Positions 49,989 to 64,000 of a DNA stretch of 64,000 nt are shown here, in pieces (the stretch's first letter is position 1; every line of letters starts with the position of its first letter). Where the stretch lies: NCBI RefSeq assembly GCF_009914755.1, contig NC_060938.1, one strand, 5' to 3'. Under the pieces are notes generated by a model. That model saw only the letters and a list, made by a program, of their open reading frames with translations, was not told the DNA's origin and ran no database searches. Made by a program: the position numbers and the translations under genes. This DNA comes from the human T2T-CHM13v2.0 reference genome, Homo sapiens.

Positions 49989-51719
49989 TCATTTCCTTGT
50001 GGTCACTCTAGAAGCTCCCCCCTTTTGTGTGGTGAAACCAGTGTCTTGCAACCTGTTTATAATCATCACTACCCCAAAACCGTTTCCCTAATCATCCCTT
50101 GCACATAAATTTTAATACCGCAGATATACTGTATACCTGTTGGTACTGTGTGTATATCTGTGTTTTATACATAACAAGAGTATGATTTTTTGCTCCCTCC
50201 CTGCCACCATCAATTTTCACTTCCTAGGGGGAGATATCTGCCCTTGTGAGTTGCTCTGCTGTTGCTGAGAGTGAACTCATTCATTAGGGTCTCTACCACT
50301 GAGTCACAGCAGTAGAAAACCAAACATTAAAGACTAGGAAAAAGTCGCCTTTGGGCTATCAGAGCTCTGACTCTAGGAATATTGCACACTTTGTATAAAT
50401 GGTGTGAATTAAATATCATTAAATACAAAGTGACTTAATTTGAAAGTCAAAATAAGAAGCACTTTTGTTGCACCTAAACCACATGCATGAGAAATTGGAT
50501 TTGGGGCCTTATGTTATCCATTAAACAGAAAAACTCATTCCAGAAGGATAGCAGTTTTTTGGCTTGTTGCATTTGAATTAAGAACTTGGAGGCTGTCTGT
50601 GAAATGACAGCACTGAAGAAGAGGCTTCTTCTCTGTACAGTGAAATAATTATACTCTGAGATGTAGTGATTTTAAAGAACCTGCATACAAATGCCATTTT
50701 ACAAAGAATTGTGTCTTATGCTTCAATTGATGGTTTCACAAAATGCCATTAAAAATGGACGATCAGATTTGTCTTTCCCATTTTTTTGAGATCTAGCAAT
50801 ATTGAACTTCGTCCTCATCTCAGCAGAGCACAGGAATTTGTGTCATTCATTTCCTCTTGCATGCAGGATACAGACTGTACATAGTCATTAAAAGACAGGT
50901 TTACAAATTGCCTCTTGCTACTTCACAGGTTTAACAATGAAAGCACAAGTGACATGCAGGTTGCATGCAAGCAGATGTGTTCAGCATTAAGAATGTGTTT
51001 CTCTGCATAGTGTGATGGTTATGTCATTATTCACTCCTGCACTTCAAAACAAAGACGCTAAAAGGGAAAAAGTAAGTGTGGCATTTGGGTGATAGCACTG
51101 AGAATCTATTGACAGAGAGTTCCACAAAATGCCGATCACTGAAGATAACCACTTATCTACATCCAGTAGGATTTGCTTTCATGGTGAAATGGTGTGTGTG
51201 TTCACTTCAAGTGACAGCGAATAATACACACTTGAATGCTATAGAAGCTATCCAAGGGAAAAGGAGGCTTTAGGAGTCTACAGGCTGGAGAAGGGTCAGT
51301 GATGAGCATACAGAAAAAGATAAAACAGTGGGGTCCAATTATCCTACCAATGTCTGACTTGCTTTCCCTTTGATCTGGTTGAACACTACTGTATTTTTTT
51401 TTTTTTTCAGAGACACTAATGAGAATGTATCCTGGGGAAATCTTGGAGCATAAGGTGGACCAGGGTCCACAGTAGAAATTTCTCTGCCTAGGAAATTTGT
51501 GAAAAATACATTTGAGGAACACAATCAAATGAGAAAGGAAATCCATTATAGTATGTGTTCAATTATAATGATCTATATTTTGGTGGTAGAAGAAAACCTC
51601 AAGGAGATTACTGTATTTCCTTTCCTTAGCAAACTGGCTGCTCTGGATTAATACAGTAATAAGAGAGTTCTCTATAAGTAGAAAGCCATTCAAATTGGCA
51701 TCCATAAGCTTTAGTTTAA

Positions 51720-51900
51720 TGAATCGTAATAAGAAGAATGGCTACTATTTTCAGGTGCTTCCAATGTAAGGCATTTTCACATATTTCATTTAATCTTCAG
51801 AAGATTCCCACAAGGAAAAATTTTATTGTACTAATTTGATGGATTTGGAAACTGAGGTTCAAAAAACGAAGTAACTTGCCCAAAAGTGCTTTTCTGTTAA
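51720..51900 (-). mobile_element. MIR SINE
   Basis: CATTTAATCTTC...GGAAACTGAGGTTC...AAGTAACTTGCCCAA. Confidence 0.65.
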
Positions 51901-52169
51901 GTTGTAGGTCTGGGTGTTTCAGCATCCTGGATTGTTTTCTTATAATGGATATCCATTGGGATTCTTAGTTTCCAGCCATGGGTGAAATACAGCAATGAAG
52001 GGAGTAGGAAAGTACTCAAGTCTCTATCATTATATAGAAAGTAAACCACCAGCATGGACTCAGCTGAGGCTCATAGATTGCCTGTGCTACTTAATGTAGA
52101 CCACCTGTTTGATTTCCTGAATGTGGTCTATGTAATAGGTTTTTGAACTGGGGCTCTCACTCCTGATCA

Positions 52170-52541
<372 letters not shown>

Positions 52542-53354
52542 TTATTAAGACAGACCCAACAAGCTCAGCACCATAACATACTCCTGGGCGGGTGAGGAGC
52601 GTTGTGTAGCGTTTTCATGCTGCCATGCAGGAAGGAGGCGTCCAGGGCCAGGGCAGACAGGGGCACGTCCTGGGAGTTGGTACTCTCTGCACCAGAAGCA
52701 GACGGAGGACACACGACCGATTCAGCAGGGGTTACCTGGCTCAGACTGCACTCCCAACCAGGTGATCCGGGAGTGAAGTGGCATCGATTTTGGAAGGTGC
52801 AAGTCCCTTCACCTGGTGACTGGCAGAACAGTGCACCAGAGACATAAAGGGAGAGGGGATGCGCTAAGATGCCTGTGTAACCCCTGAGGCGGGGAGGCTA
52901 GGAGCTAGAGTCCTAGATGGAGGAGGGATAAAACACATGGAGTGAAATCAGGAAATATCCCTTCGGCAGAAGTGCTAACATCTAGTCGCTTTGAAGTCTT
53001 CCTCGGCTCTAGTGAAAGCTCACAAGCTGCGAAGCTATAAGCAACATAAACTAATTTTCATGAGTGATTGTGACTTGCATGTAGGACAGGTTGCTGTCTG
53101 CATAACTTAAAAAACACAGTTTGCGTGCTACTCCTGAAACTAACACGTCAGAAATTTTGCTGGAGCAGTAGGAATTTCGGACATTAGGTGCAGATAGAAT
53201 GATGTCTTTGTACGCATTGTTACGCCCCAAGTTCTAAATGCCACCTATAAATATCACACTCGAGAGATGTAATTGCTGATTTATTAAACCTGTGAGACAC
53301 CTCACATGCACTTTGGTCTTTGCTATTTGGTAACAGAATAAGGTTATTCCATAC

Positions 53355-53378
53355 CTGCCAACAGCTTTTTAATGTCAA
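53355..53378 (-). CDS. TRIM9: TRIM9 24-nt microexon
   Basis: ACAACAG|TTGACATTAAAAAGCTGTTGGCAG|GTATGG encodes (V)DIKKLLA; phase 1-1. Confidence 0.75.
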
Positions 53379-53792
53379 CTGTTGTCATTCCAAGTGAAAG
53401 GCATGGGGGAGAGAGATAGGAAGCAAAATTGACATGGATAAGAAAATGTGTCTCTCTTGATAGACTAGTACCCCAAAAGGACTCAATTTAAAATGCCACA
53501 TATACTAAACAGGTGCTCTCTGACTTGTACCTTTACCCACATTTAGTGCTCATAAAGAGTGCTTTGCACTGATGTAAAAGAAAACTGGGGGAAAAGTAAG
53601 GTTTGAGGCATAACATTAAACACTACAGGCATCTTTTCCATTTTTTAAGAGTTTGAGAAACTGCTATAATAGGGTTAGAATGACAATTAGACAATTTTAT
53701 TGACATAAGACAAGTTGCCGCCATTTATTTTGTGAAGGAAATTGAGCACACCAATCACGTAAGTAAAAGATAATTACAATAGGTATACTTGC

Positions 53793-53834
53793 CTAATTGA
53801 GAGTAAGGTGCAGATTGTGTCTCAAAATTGCATC
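53793..53834 (-). CDS. TRIM9: TRIM9 42-nt cassette exon with GC donor
   Basis: CTTTATAG|GATGCAATTTTGAGACACAATCTGCACCTTACTCTCAATTAG|GCAAGT encodes (G)CNFETQSAPYSQL; phase 1-1. Confidence 0.75.
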   Translation of the reverse strand, partial: DAILRHNLHLTLN

Positions 53835-56368
53835 CTATAAAGAGATACTACACATCAACGCTATGAAACAACAACCAGGTTGATAAAAATTACTTGTATA
53901 CGCTTAAAAAGCACCAGTTGAATATAGATACCAGAGGCCTGATCCATGAAAAAACAAAGCCCTTTTTATATTATTTAGTTTGTTGGGTAAAAAACTGCCC
54001 CTCTGCTCTTTCAAAATGAAAAGCACATCTTTTTACCATTTAATAAATCCTCCTCCAATTGATCCTAAACTCTGTAGCTGAATTTTTCATCTTCCAAGTT
54101 CAATCTTTTCCTCTAAAGTTTCCACAGTAAGAAGGCTAGCTGTTTTAAAAATGGGGAAAATGTACTTAATTGCAACGGAGAAATCACTGGATTTTGATAA
54201 AACTCTGCTCTCACTATTCTATGCACTTCTAACTCTGGTTATGCCAAAAGGTCTTCATTGTGACTTGAGCCCAAATTAAATATAACTAAATGTGTAATGT
54301 AATCCATTTGTGAATACATACATCTTATTAATAATTATTAATAATGACATGACGAATGTGTTAAAACTGCCTCCTTTCCTTCTTAGGAGACAAGATCCTT
54401 CTCACCTGAGGGAGGGGAGGAGGGATGGTAGGAGTGGGTGTGGTCTCAGAGATACATTGGAATCCCCTGTGGAACTTTTTCAACCATCTCCCTTCCTTAA
54501 GATTTGGATACCTGTACCCCATGAGAAATTACATTGTGTGGAGGAAGACTGCCTAGTCTTAAAATGTTCAAAAGTGTGTGACCTACAATTTCCAGTGGTT
54601 TCAAGGACTGATCTAGAAAATGTGGTTTTGATGAACACTGGGGGATAAAGAAAGGATCATTTTATTTTCTTTTCTATTTAGTAAGGCCTTTATATGCTAA
54701 TTCCTAAAACATTTGCAGGATAATGTGCTGACTTAAAAGAATTTTACAAGAATTAAAAAAGCAACTTACTATAAAAAAGGACTAATGGCTGAGTTAAAAA
54801 CAAAATATAAAAATTATGATCTTACTTTTGGTTAGTTTGCTTTTCTCTGGGATGAATTCACATGCAAAAGAATCGTTTCCTCCCATCTCATGGCTGATTT
54901 TTATGTTTTGTTTCTATCAATTATCACTTCAATTCCTATTCATGTGTTAGAGCATAGTGACTATGGAATACCTGGAGTTTTAAAACCGACTCTCATATTC
55001 AGCTTGGAAATAAGTTTGTAGAATCTGAATAGGGCTTTAAAAACTTTTAAATGAATCATGCCTTGTGCAACTCTTTTTCAAAACAAATATTCTGAAATCT
55101 TTTTACACTACTTTAAATACATTATCATACATTTAAGATTCAACAATACAGCTAGAATAATGCTCTTAAATACACCCATCAAATATCCCAAAACTCACAT
55201 TTCATTTTATTCTTGAGACAATGTGCATTACAAAGACTGTAACGATATTTCAGTACATTAGACACAAGGGAAAAGAGTTTCATAACAAAGCATGTTGGGA
55301 AGCCATAGTGCACAGAAAAACAATAAGAAACATAAAAGCACAAAGAAGAATGTCATTTTAAAGACAGCTTGAAGTCCCTGCATCCTTTTTGCACTGTCAT
55401 GCTGTGGCCTTCTTCATTCCAGAATGTGGGATGAGCAAAAAGAATAAAATAAAAACCAAAAGAAACCTTTGGAAATATGAAATGTGCATCATGTGTATCC
55501 ATGATTACAATATAGTCCTGAAGAGATCAAATAGGTCTGCATCTTATATATTTTAACATTCTATTTGCTAGGCAGTGTTCGCTACAAAGGAACACAAGTC
55601 TAGCTTTGCTGAAATCAGCCTTAGGCTCTGTCACAACCAGCTTGGCTGTGGGAAACTTCGAGGAGTCCAGACTTTTTGATTACTCAGATCTTTGGTCATT
55701 AGGCATTAGGAGTTAAGGGTTTCTAATTCGGCTAGCAGTGATCCCACCCCATTGCTAGGAAAACACTCAGCCATGAGCCCCACTGTCCTAGCAGTGAGCA
55801 CAGGCTTTTGCAGAAAATGCTTTCACTTTCTGCTCTCTGGATTGCCTGCTTTATAGGATGCTTTCTGCTGTTGGTGTGTTTTTACTTTTATTGTACTTTG
55901 TCAATAAAGATCTCTTGAGTCTATGTTTAATCAGACCACTCCAGGCTGGATGCACTGATCCAGTCTCCCAGACACTGCTGGTTTCCTGGATACAGAAGGG
56001 CTGCAAACCTCCACATTACTGCCATGGCCGCCACTCAGCCAGCGCCCGTGCCGTGCTATGCCACTGCATGTGATGACAGAGCGGGTTATCCATGGTGGTA
56101 CCAGCTTGTGCGAAAAGAATAACTTCACTCATCACTTTCTAATGCCGTAATACATGGACCACAGCTCCATGGTTGCTCCTTCCACCACACAAACAAGAAC
56201 GCCACAAAGCTCCACCATCCCGATGCTCCTCATACGGAAAGCAGGCCACAGACAGAGACTAGCTCATCCCCCTCACCACGCACATGAATGGCAAGAACAA
56301 GACACGCGTTTCAGAGATGCCTTCAAGGCACAGAGATCAAGGGGAAAGGTCTGAGGAGCTCAGCTCAC

Positions 56369-56557
56369 CCGGTGCATTGAGAGACTGTAAAGAGGAATGC
56401 AAGCTCAGCTGGTGGGGTGAGGATCGGAAATCAAAGTAGGATCTCCCGGGGAAGCTGGGTTGTAGATTAAGGGTGGAGGAGAAAGGACTCATTCTACGGA
56501 GCGGCAATCTTTCCGAAGGCACTGGAAAAGGGAGGGTCTGTTCTTCTGAATCTGTGT
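56369..56557 (-). CDS. TRIM9: TRIM9 cassette exon, 189 nt, phase 1-1 (FN3-SPRY linker)
   Basis: TTTAG|AC ACA GAT...CCG G|GTGAG encodes DTDSEEQTLPFPVPSERLPLRRMSPFSSTLNLQPSFPGRSYFDFRSSPHQLSLHSSLQSLNAP(G). Phase matches the SPRY exon. Confidence 0.85.
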
Positions 56558-58191
56558 CTAAATGTAAGATCAATGCAAACTAGAGATCAGAAGTCTGCTA
56601 TTATGTCCCCGTGCACGGTTCCCCAAGACCTGCCTTAACAATGCATTCATACAAAGCCTCATCTTTCCCACAGGGTGCCACACTCAGGCATTTACAAAAC
56701 CAATGTGCCTGGGGGCAGGGAGGGAATTTTCGGCAGATCAGGACCCAAGACCAGAGGACACCTCGAACAACAAAGGCAATTGTTGTCACTTTCCCGATTT
56801 TTAGTGGTAGAAAATTGGAAGGTTTCCTTTTAATTAAATAAAATACTTTTAGAATTGAATGTACAAAATGTAAAGGCAAATTTTACCTATTGATGACCAA
56901 GAGGATATTATTTTACCCCCTTCAGTTGTCCTGGGAGTTACTACCTATTCAACAATGGCCTCTTAAAGGGTTTCTATCTAAGAGATGGTGATTTTTTACA
57001 AACTGTTTCCTATTCCATATTTTCCCATTTCTCTCCTAATGTGTATTTTTCTATTAGATGGATGAGCTGATTTTTTATACTAGCACACTCCAGACTCTAT
57101 CTTTGAATAGGAGAGGAAATGTGGGGTGGTCTAAGGAAGACAGGGCTGGACAAGTAAGCAGGGAAAGAGCCTTACCTTTGTTTCTGAATTATGATCAGAC
57201 TCTAGGGATGTCACTTGACCATCTTTGTTTCTCTAATGATAAACAGACTGTAGGCAGTGGTGAGGTGCATTGGTGGCAAAATATCTGTTTCTGTTCAGAT
57301 AGTCAGGTTTGGCCTGAAGATAATTATTATATCAGACTAAAGACTTAACAATTATTTGATCTGGTTTTAGAAGGGCATGAGTTAGTTTCTCTGAATTACT
57401 AAAATTGGTCCTTTCTATTTTGTCAAACAATAGCTGGTTCTATGCACGGTGTGGTCTAGTCAGAGGTGGATCTTTCGCCAATTGAAGCCTTCTTAACATT
57501 CAGTCTAATAGCAATAATTTAGGAAATACAGATGGTAGGAAGGTAATATGCCATGTCCAAAATCACAAAGGAACTTTCTTCTCATTGAAATAATAATTTT
57601 GTTTCTGTGACCAGAGGGTATTTCCGTGAATTTTTTTCTGGTTTGAATCAGTTAGCAGCAATTCTTTGCTGGACATACACTTCTATCAAAATGCTACTCG
57701 CATGTTGAAGCAAAAATAACTGGAGCACGTGTGTGTGCAGAATATCATCCTATGTGAAGAGCTCTGAACAAGGGCATTGGCAAGTTTTAATTTAATACCT
57801 CCAAGAGTCAGCCTCTGAACTTACAATACTAAAGTTAGCTTTTCAGGCTTTAGACTTATCTGTGGGGGGATGACTTTTAAAAAATGAAAGTATAAACCAG
57901 ATCTCAGAGAAAAGGAATTGCTATTTATGGAGTCAAGACTTTGTGTTCCCACTAAGAATACATTTTTCTCCTACCTAAACTTCATATGGTTTGAATGACT
58001 TAATATCATGTATTATCATTTCTTTCTTCAGATATGATAAATCAAAAATTATTTGTTATAATCATCTTAAGGGGAAATTAGCCTTTGAGTGTAATAGAAA
58101 AATTCAAAATACAACACCCAAGCACCACAAACTGGCATGGGTTTCTATTATGGAGCGAAGGCATTTACAACTATATTTATGTCAATAAAAT

Positions 58192-58514
58192 ATTTTATTT
58201 ATTTATTTATTTAGTATTATTTATTATTTTTTGAGACAGGGTCTCACTCTGTTGCCCAGGCCAGAATGCAATGCCACGATCTCAGCTCACTGCAACCTTT
58301 GCTTCCTGGATCAAGTGATTCTTCAACCTCAGCCTCCAGAGTAGCAGGGACTACAGGCGTGAGCCATCACGCCCAGCTAATTTTTCTATTTTTTGTAGAA
58401 ATGGGGTTTTGCCATGTTGTCCAGGCTGGTCTTGAACTCCTGAGCTCAAAGCGATCTGCCTGCCCCAGCCTCCCAAAGTGCTGAGATTACAGGCGTGAGC
58501 TACCACACCCGGAC
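58192..58514 (-). mobile_element. Alu (J-like)
   Basis: Reverse Alu consensus. Confidence 0.93.
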
Positions 58515-60419
58515 TAAAAGATTTTTTTATTAACAAGAATTTGCTTGGAAATGTATTTTTCACTAGGTGTGACAGTCAATTCATGATATTGAAAATATTT
58601 GTTGCTTTAAAATTTAATGGAAAGGACATATAAAATAATATGAATTTCAGAGTGCATTGAATTCCCAAGCAGTTATCTGAAAACCAGTGAAGAGATGTTT
58701 ACTGAACACAGACCTTGGGGAGTGTATCCAATCCCATCATAAATTGTACTTACCTTTTCTATTCTCAGCACCAAGAAGAACTTAGAGTAGGTGATGACAC
58801 CCCTTTATAGGGTGGGGACTGAGGGTAGCTATGGTTATTCACGGGATTAGTAACTTGGCATTAAGATGGTTATGGCTCTTCCTATCCTTCCATGTGGATC
58901 CATTGTTTACTGATGACCCAATTTTCCTTGACTCCTTTCACTCTAATCAGGCAAGTTTATTTAACATCCATACTGTACAACCATTTCTTTTTTTTTTTTT
59001 TTTTGAGTTTTTTCCCCATCTATGACCTCCCATTACCTACCAGCTGGGCTTTTACCGTATTTTCTCTAAGTAGCTGTTAACAACAACAAAAAAATCCTAC
59101 CTTGCAATGAGAACTTTTCAAATGAATTACAAGAGAGAAACACTTTCCAACTGATCCCAGCTTAACTAAACAAGCAATTCTCCCTTCATGCCCTTCCCCA
59201 TGGGCATGTAGTGCACATGCTGGGTCAGCTGCCTGTAAGTCATCTATACCACTTCACATTACCTTAGATTTCAGGAGTCTTAGAGGGAAGAAACTTAATA
59301 TCATCAGAGGAGCTGCCATCAAGCTTCCCCTTGAAGTCCCCTGGGATGAGGAACTCATTGCTTCCAGCCAGCTCCCTCTAGTTGGCAGTTATTGCTTATA
59401 TTGGTCTAGACATACCTCTTTGGGAGCTCCACTCTCCAATTGTAGCGTTACTATCTGGGGCCACATGGAACAGATCACTAGTTCTTCAAGTATTTGAGGC
59501 CAGTCACCAATCCTCTTTAAATCTTCCCTTTTCTGGGCTAAATAGAGTCAATGTCCAACCATTTCACTATGTATGGATTCCAAATCCTTTACTCTCCTGG
59601 TCATGCCCTCTGGACATGTTCAAAGGCATGAATCAAAGACAATATGACAACATTGAGAACAGTATTGCCACTCCCTGGTTTAGCCGAATCACACTTAACA
59701 CACATTGAATGTGCACACACCTACTTAAGTGCGTATTCTGCGTTATGCCCATGGGATGCAGGAAGAAGGCACACACTACTTCCTCACCTCCCCTTCAAAA
59801 CACAACTATCACAATATGGAGAAGGCTTCTCAGCCATTCATATTCTATTATTAAGGACAAAGAGGAATGAGGTTGTCATTTTTTTTTCACAATACATGAT
59901 ACAAAGCTATGTTTCAGGTCACAGCTAATATGCAGGATAATAATTATTATTAATTTTTAACTTTATAGATCACTAGAGAAAAATGAGGAGCTCCTGAAGA
60001 GACGTTTAACATCACATCATATTTCATCACACGCAGGGATCCCGTGTGGTTGCAGAGCTTTGCTGAATGAAAGCAGTTTAGCAGGAAAGAGCAATGGAAA
60101 ACAGTATGTCAATGGCCAAATGTGGTGACTCTAGGCATAACTATAACTCTAGGACGGGACTGTGTTCGTAACGAATACGTATCAAGATATGCTTTCCATC
60201 AACTCTGTCAATGACCATCATTTTCCTCTTGCTCTTTCCTGGACTTCTTTCCCTTCCTCACTAGGATTGGCTGGAGTCTGGAGTTAGGGTCTAGATAAGG
60301 GCAGAGACCTCTGCTTAAAAAAAGCAATCAAGAATCAACAAAGCAAAGATTGGCTGGGGACCACTTGTATTATTGACTGAGAATATCTAGGTGATGTACT
60401 CCTGTTTGGCCACCATATA

Positions 60420-60730
60420 TTTCTTTTGTTTCTTTATTTCTTTTTTAGAGACAGGGTCTCACTTGGTCATCCAGGCTAGAGTGTAGTGGTGTTGATCATA
60501 GCTCACTGCAGCCTTGAACTCCTGGGCTCAAGGGATCCTCCTCCCTCAGCATCCTGAGTAGCTGGAACTACAGGTGCATACCACTGCACCTGGCCAATTT
60601 TAATTTTTTCTGTAGAGACAAGGTCTTTTTATGTTGCCCAGGCTGGTCTCAAACCACTGGCCTCAAGCAGTCCTCCCACCTCAGCCTCCCCAGTGTTGAG
60701 ATTACAGGCATGAGCCATGGCACCCAGCCC
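60420..60730 (-). mobile_element. AluJ
   Basis: GATCATAGCTCACTGCAGCCTTGAACTCCTGGGCTCAAG. Confidence 0.93.
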
Positions 60731-62650
60731 ATATATTTCTTTTATTTGTTCATTAGCCAACGCTATTGAACACCTGTCATGTGCCAGACATTGCAGTAGA
60801 ATTGAGCCGTTGGGAAACATAAAGTTGGCAGGAGACTCAACCATAAGAAAAATAATAATTTAGAGAAAATCAGTGTCATATATTATTGATTGGTTTTTAC
60901 ACTTCTGGGGGTGGAATTTCTTGACTGACTCCAAGGACAGAGTACTAAAGATTTTTGCAGATGTTGTAGAATATTTGAAAAGGTAGCCTTTGGGGTGTTA
61001 TTTTTGGAATCTAAAGAGGAAAAGCAAACAGATTGTGGTTGCTTATGATAGTGTATACTAATCCAGTGCCCTCTGTGTCCTGGTAGAAGTCTGGGTTGTC
61101 CTCCTGTCTGGCAGTGAACAACTTCATAACTTAAGCAGCCCTTGAACCCAGGTCCAATAAGATGGTTGTATTTTGGAGCACGGTAAGGCAAGACATGTCA
61201 CGAAGAATTGTACAGTGTTAAAGATGAGTTTCAACTCAATTATAAACCAGCTGTAAAATAATTTGCTTTTGTTGGGAAGATTTTAAAAGAGACAAAGAAA
61301 TGAATGAAGAATGAGGCTGTTTTCATAAATGGTCTTATAAGCAGCCAAAGTCACAATTATGTCCAACTGGTACATAATTTATAATAAAAGGTGGTATTTT
61401 AAGCTTTGTTAAGTGTGGCATTAATTGCAATTGAGAAGTGAGAAACAAATCTGTTTTGAAAACCTTCTTTTAGAAGAATGAAACAGCTTTTGCCACCCCA
61501 AGGACAGATGCATACTTCATCACCAAGTTCTCCACTCCAATTTAGAATACCATGGCATTATTTATAAGGAACTATCATCAGAGGAACTGAAAATTCCTGT
61601 ATTTCAATTACATACAGAGGATTCCAAAGAATGAAACTGCTTTCCAGGGTATCAGTTGCAAAGCACACTTCCCAGAACCAAAAATAGGGTTCTGAATCTC
61701 AGTCCCATGGAAAAATGCAAGAAATTCCCTGGGATATCATGCATGTGTCAAAATTTAAAAGAACAAAGTATCTCTCTTTTCTGGGCTCTGAAACCTATCA
61801 TTATGCCTCTCACCTTGGATTTTGTAAAATTTACCCAAATATGGTCAGGTATGATTACCTACCTTGAGAACTTTGTCCTGGAAATGCATATTCTTCTAAC
61901 TATTTTTGGAGAGGCCCAGATGCTCTGGGTCAGGAAAAGCAGAGACAGAAAAACCATCTTTCAGTAGACCATATACATTTCCTTATATGATCCTTTATCA
62001 ATCATTTTCTATTAGTGTTGAATTTTCAGTATCATAGGCATAACTTTAAGACTCATTATGACCCTTGGAGGAGGCAGGAGGTATCTAATGCTGCTTCATA
62101 GCATTTTCTGAAACAACTTTCAACAGCAGTTTTAGAGAGAGAAGCCACAAAGGTACTAATTGTAAAGACTCAGAGGTCCTCAGCTGTAAGTCCATGGTTT
62201 TAGAGATGAGAAAACTGAAGTCCAGAGAGGCTAAGGGACATATCCAAGTTACACCACAGCTGTGGAGGGATACAATAGAGACTCAGGTAGGATCAATTCC
62301 TGGAGGATAAAATTTTGGGGTGACAAGACTATTGCTGCTCCTTTGTAACCTAGAAATATACAAAAGGTAAAGCTTATGCCACTGGCCCCAGGGCACATTT
62401 CAGTGGTCTCAGTGGGGACCAAGGTTTGTGTAGAGGACCTAATAAACCCTAACTGTGTTAAGGATACATCTTTTCTTCTTTAAATAGAGTGTTTAGTTTA
62501 TGTAGTGGTTAGGGATTGGAAAGGCACACACATCACTGTCCTCCTTGGAATTTTGGCTAGAGGGATTAGATGGGCTGAGGTGTTCCCTGTAGTTGTTCTT
62601 CTGACAGGTTCTTTGTTCCTCACAAGGTGACAGCATTTCTGGAGGTCTCA

Positions 62651-63030
<380 letters not shown>

Positions 63031-63753
63031 ATTGCAAAAAGATTCTGGACAGATGCATCTGAGGCCAATTTGCATTCAGACAAATGGAAGCATAAGTTTA
63101 TATTTTGTCTGCACCATTACATCTTTTCTGGGTGGTTTCCTTCAATGCACAGAAGAAGGAGCTACTACAATGAAAGGGGCAGCGTGATGCTGAGAGTCTA
63201 ATCGGGGAGAAAGACATTTTAATCTTTATGAGTAACATTGTCTAGGCCCACTTTTTAGAAAGCAGTTTTTAAGATGTAGTTTCAAGAATCCCAACCTATT
63301 TGTCATTAGATAAAACAATCCTGAAAAATGCTGGGTAGATGGCTTGAGAGCCAGCCCTCTTTTCTCTAATTATCACTGACTACCTTCTCCCCATTTTCCC
63401 TCCCAGTTAGGACAGGCAGGGCTGGAAAGCTTCTGTGAATAAATGGCTCTGTGATGTCAACCCAAGCAGGGCTCTGAGTGCCAGACCTCATTTGGTAGTA
63501 ACTTTCATTTGGTAGTATCAGAGCCTCAGAGATGTAGCTCTGATATTCCTTTTCCTTCCCGGGCAAATCTCGTCACTGCCAGCCAAGAGTATCCACTGGT
63601 ACCAGTGGGGGAAGGGCCTCTCTAGGTGACCTGCTCACCTGGGATGGGAGGGAGCTGGAGGAAATTTCTGCAAAGACATGAAAATGAGCACAGGACCTGA
63701 TAAAGAGTTTGGATATTATGCTGGAAATGATGGCCACTCCCACATCTTCTTAA

Positions 63754-64000
<247 letters not shown>

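Noticed and set aside
60127-60175. ACTCTAGG direct repeat around ATAACTATAAC and the near-palindrome TTCGTAACGAA, reminiscent of an I-CeuI half-site
   Set aside because: Matches are 11 nt or shorter and expected by chance in 64 kb; no other sign of synthetic sequence.

Overview
Human (primate) genomic DNA matching the PYGL-TRIM9 interval, which I recall as chr14q22. Both genes lie on the minus strand. The left part holds PYGL (liver glycogen phosphorylase) exons 1-4 and its CpG-island promoter (~14.3-15.4 kb). The middle (~15.9-45.4 kb) is a transposon-dense intergenic spacer with about 20 Alus, an AluY-L1PA2 fusion, a solo LTR7, a 3'-truncated SVA, MER52, LTR16-like and MER68/77-like LTRs, and MER2. 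The right part holds the 3' end of TRIM9: three phase-1 cassette exons (189, 42 and 24 nt, one with a GC donor), the three SPRY/B30.2 exons and a ~2 kb 3'UTR. I see no novel protein-coding system. The most unusual signals are structural: (1) a ~370-bp non-Alu inverted duplication in PYGL intron 3; (2) a MER41 LTR whose core is replaced by a 66-bp copy of sequence 2.2 kb away plus an Alu; (3) a tail-less AluY fused to an L1PA2 inside a single TSD; (4) an SVA polyadenylated inside SINE-R; (5) inverted Alus bracketing the in-frame PYGL exon 2; (6) a neural-type microexon module in TRIM9. Repeat subfamily names are from memory of consensus sequences, and most repeat boundaries are approximate.
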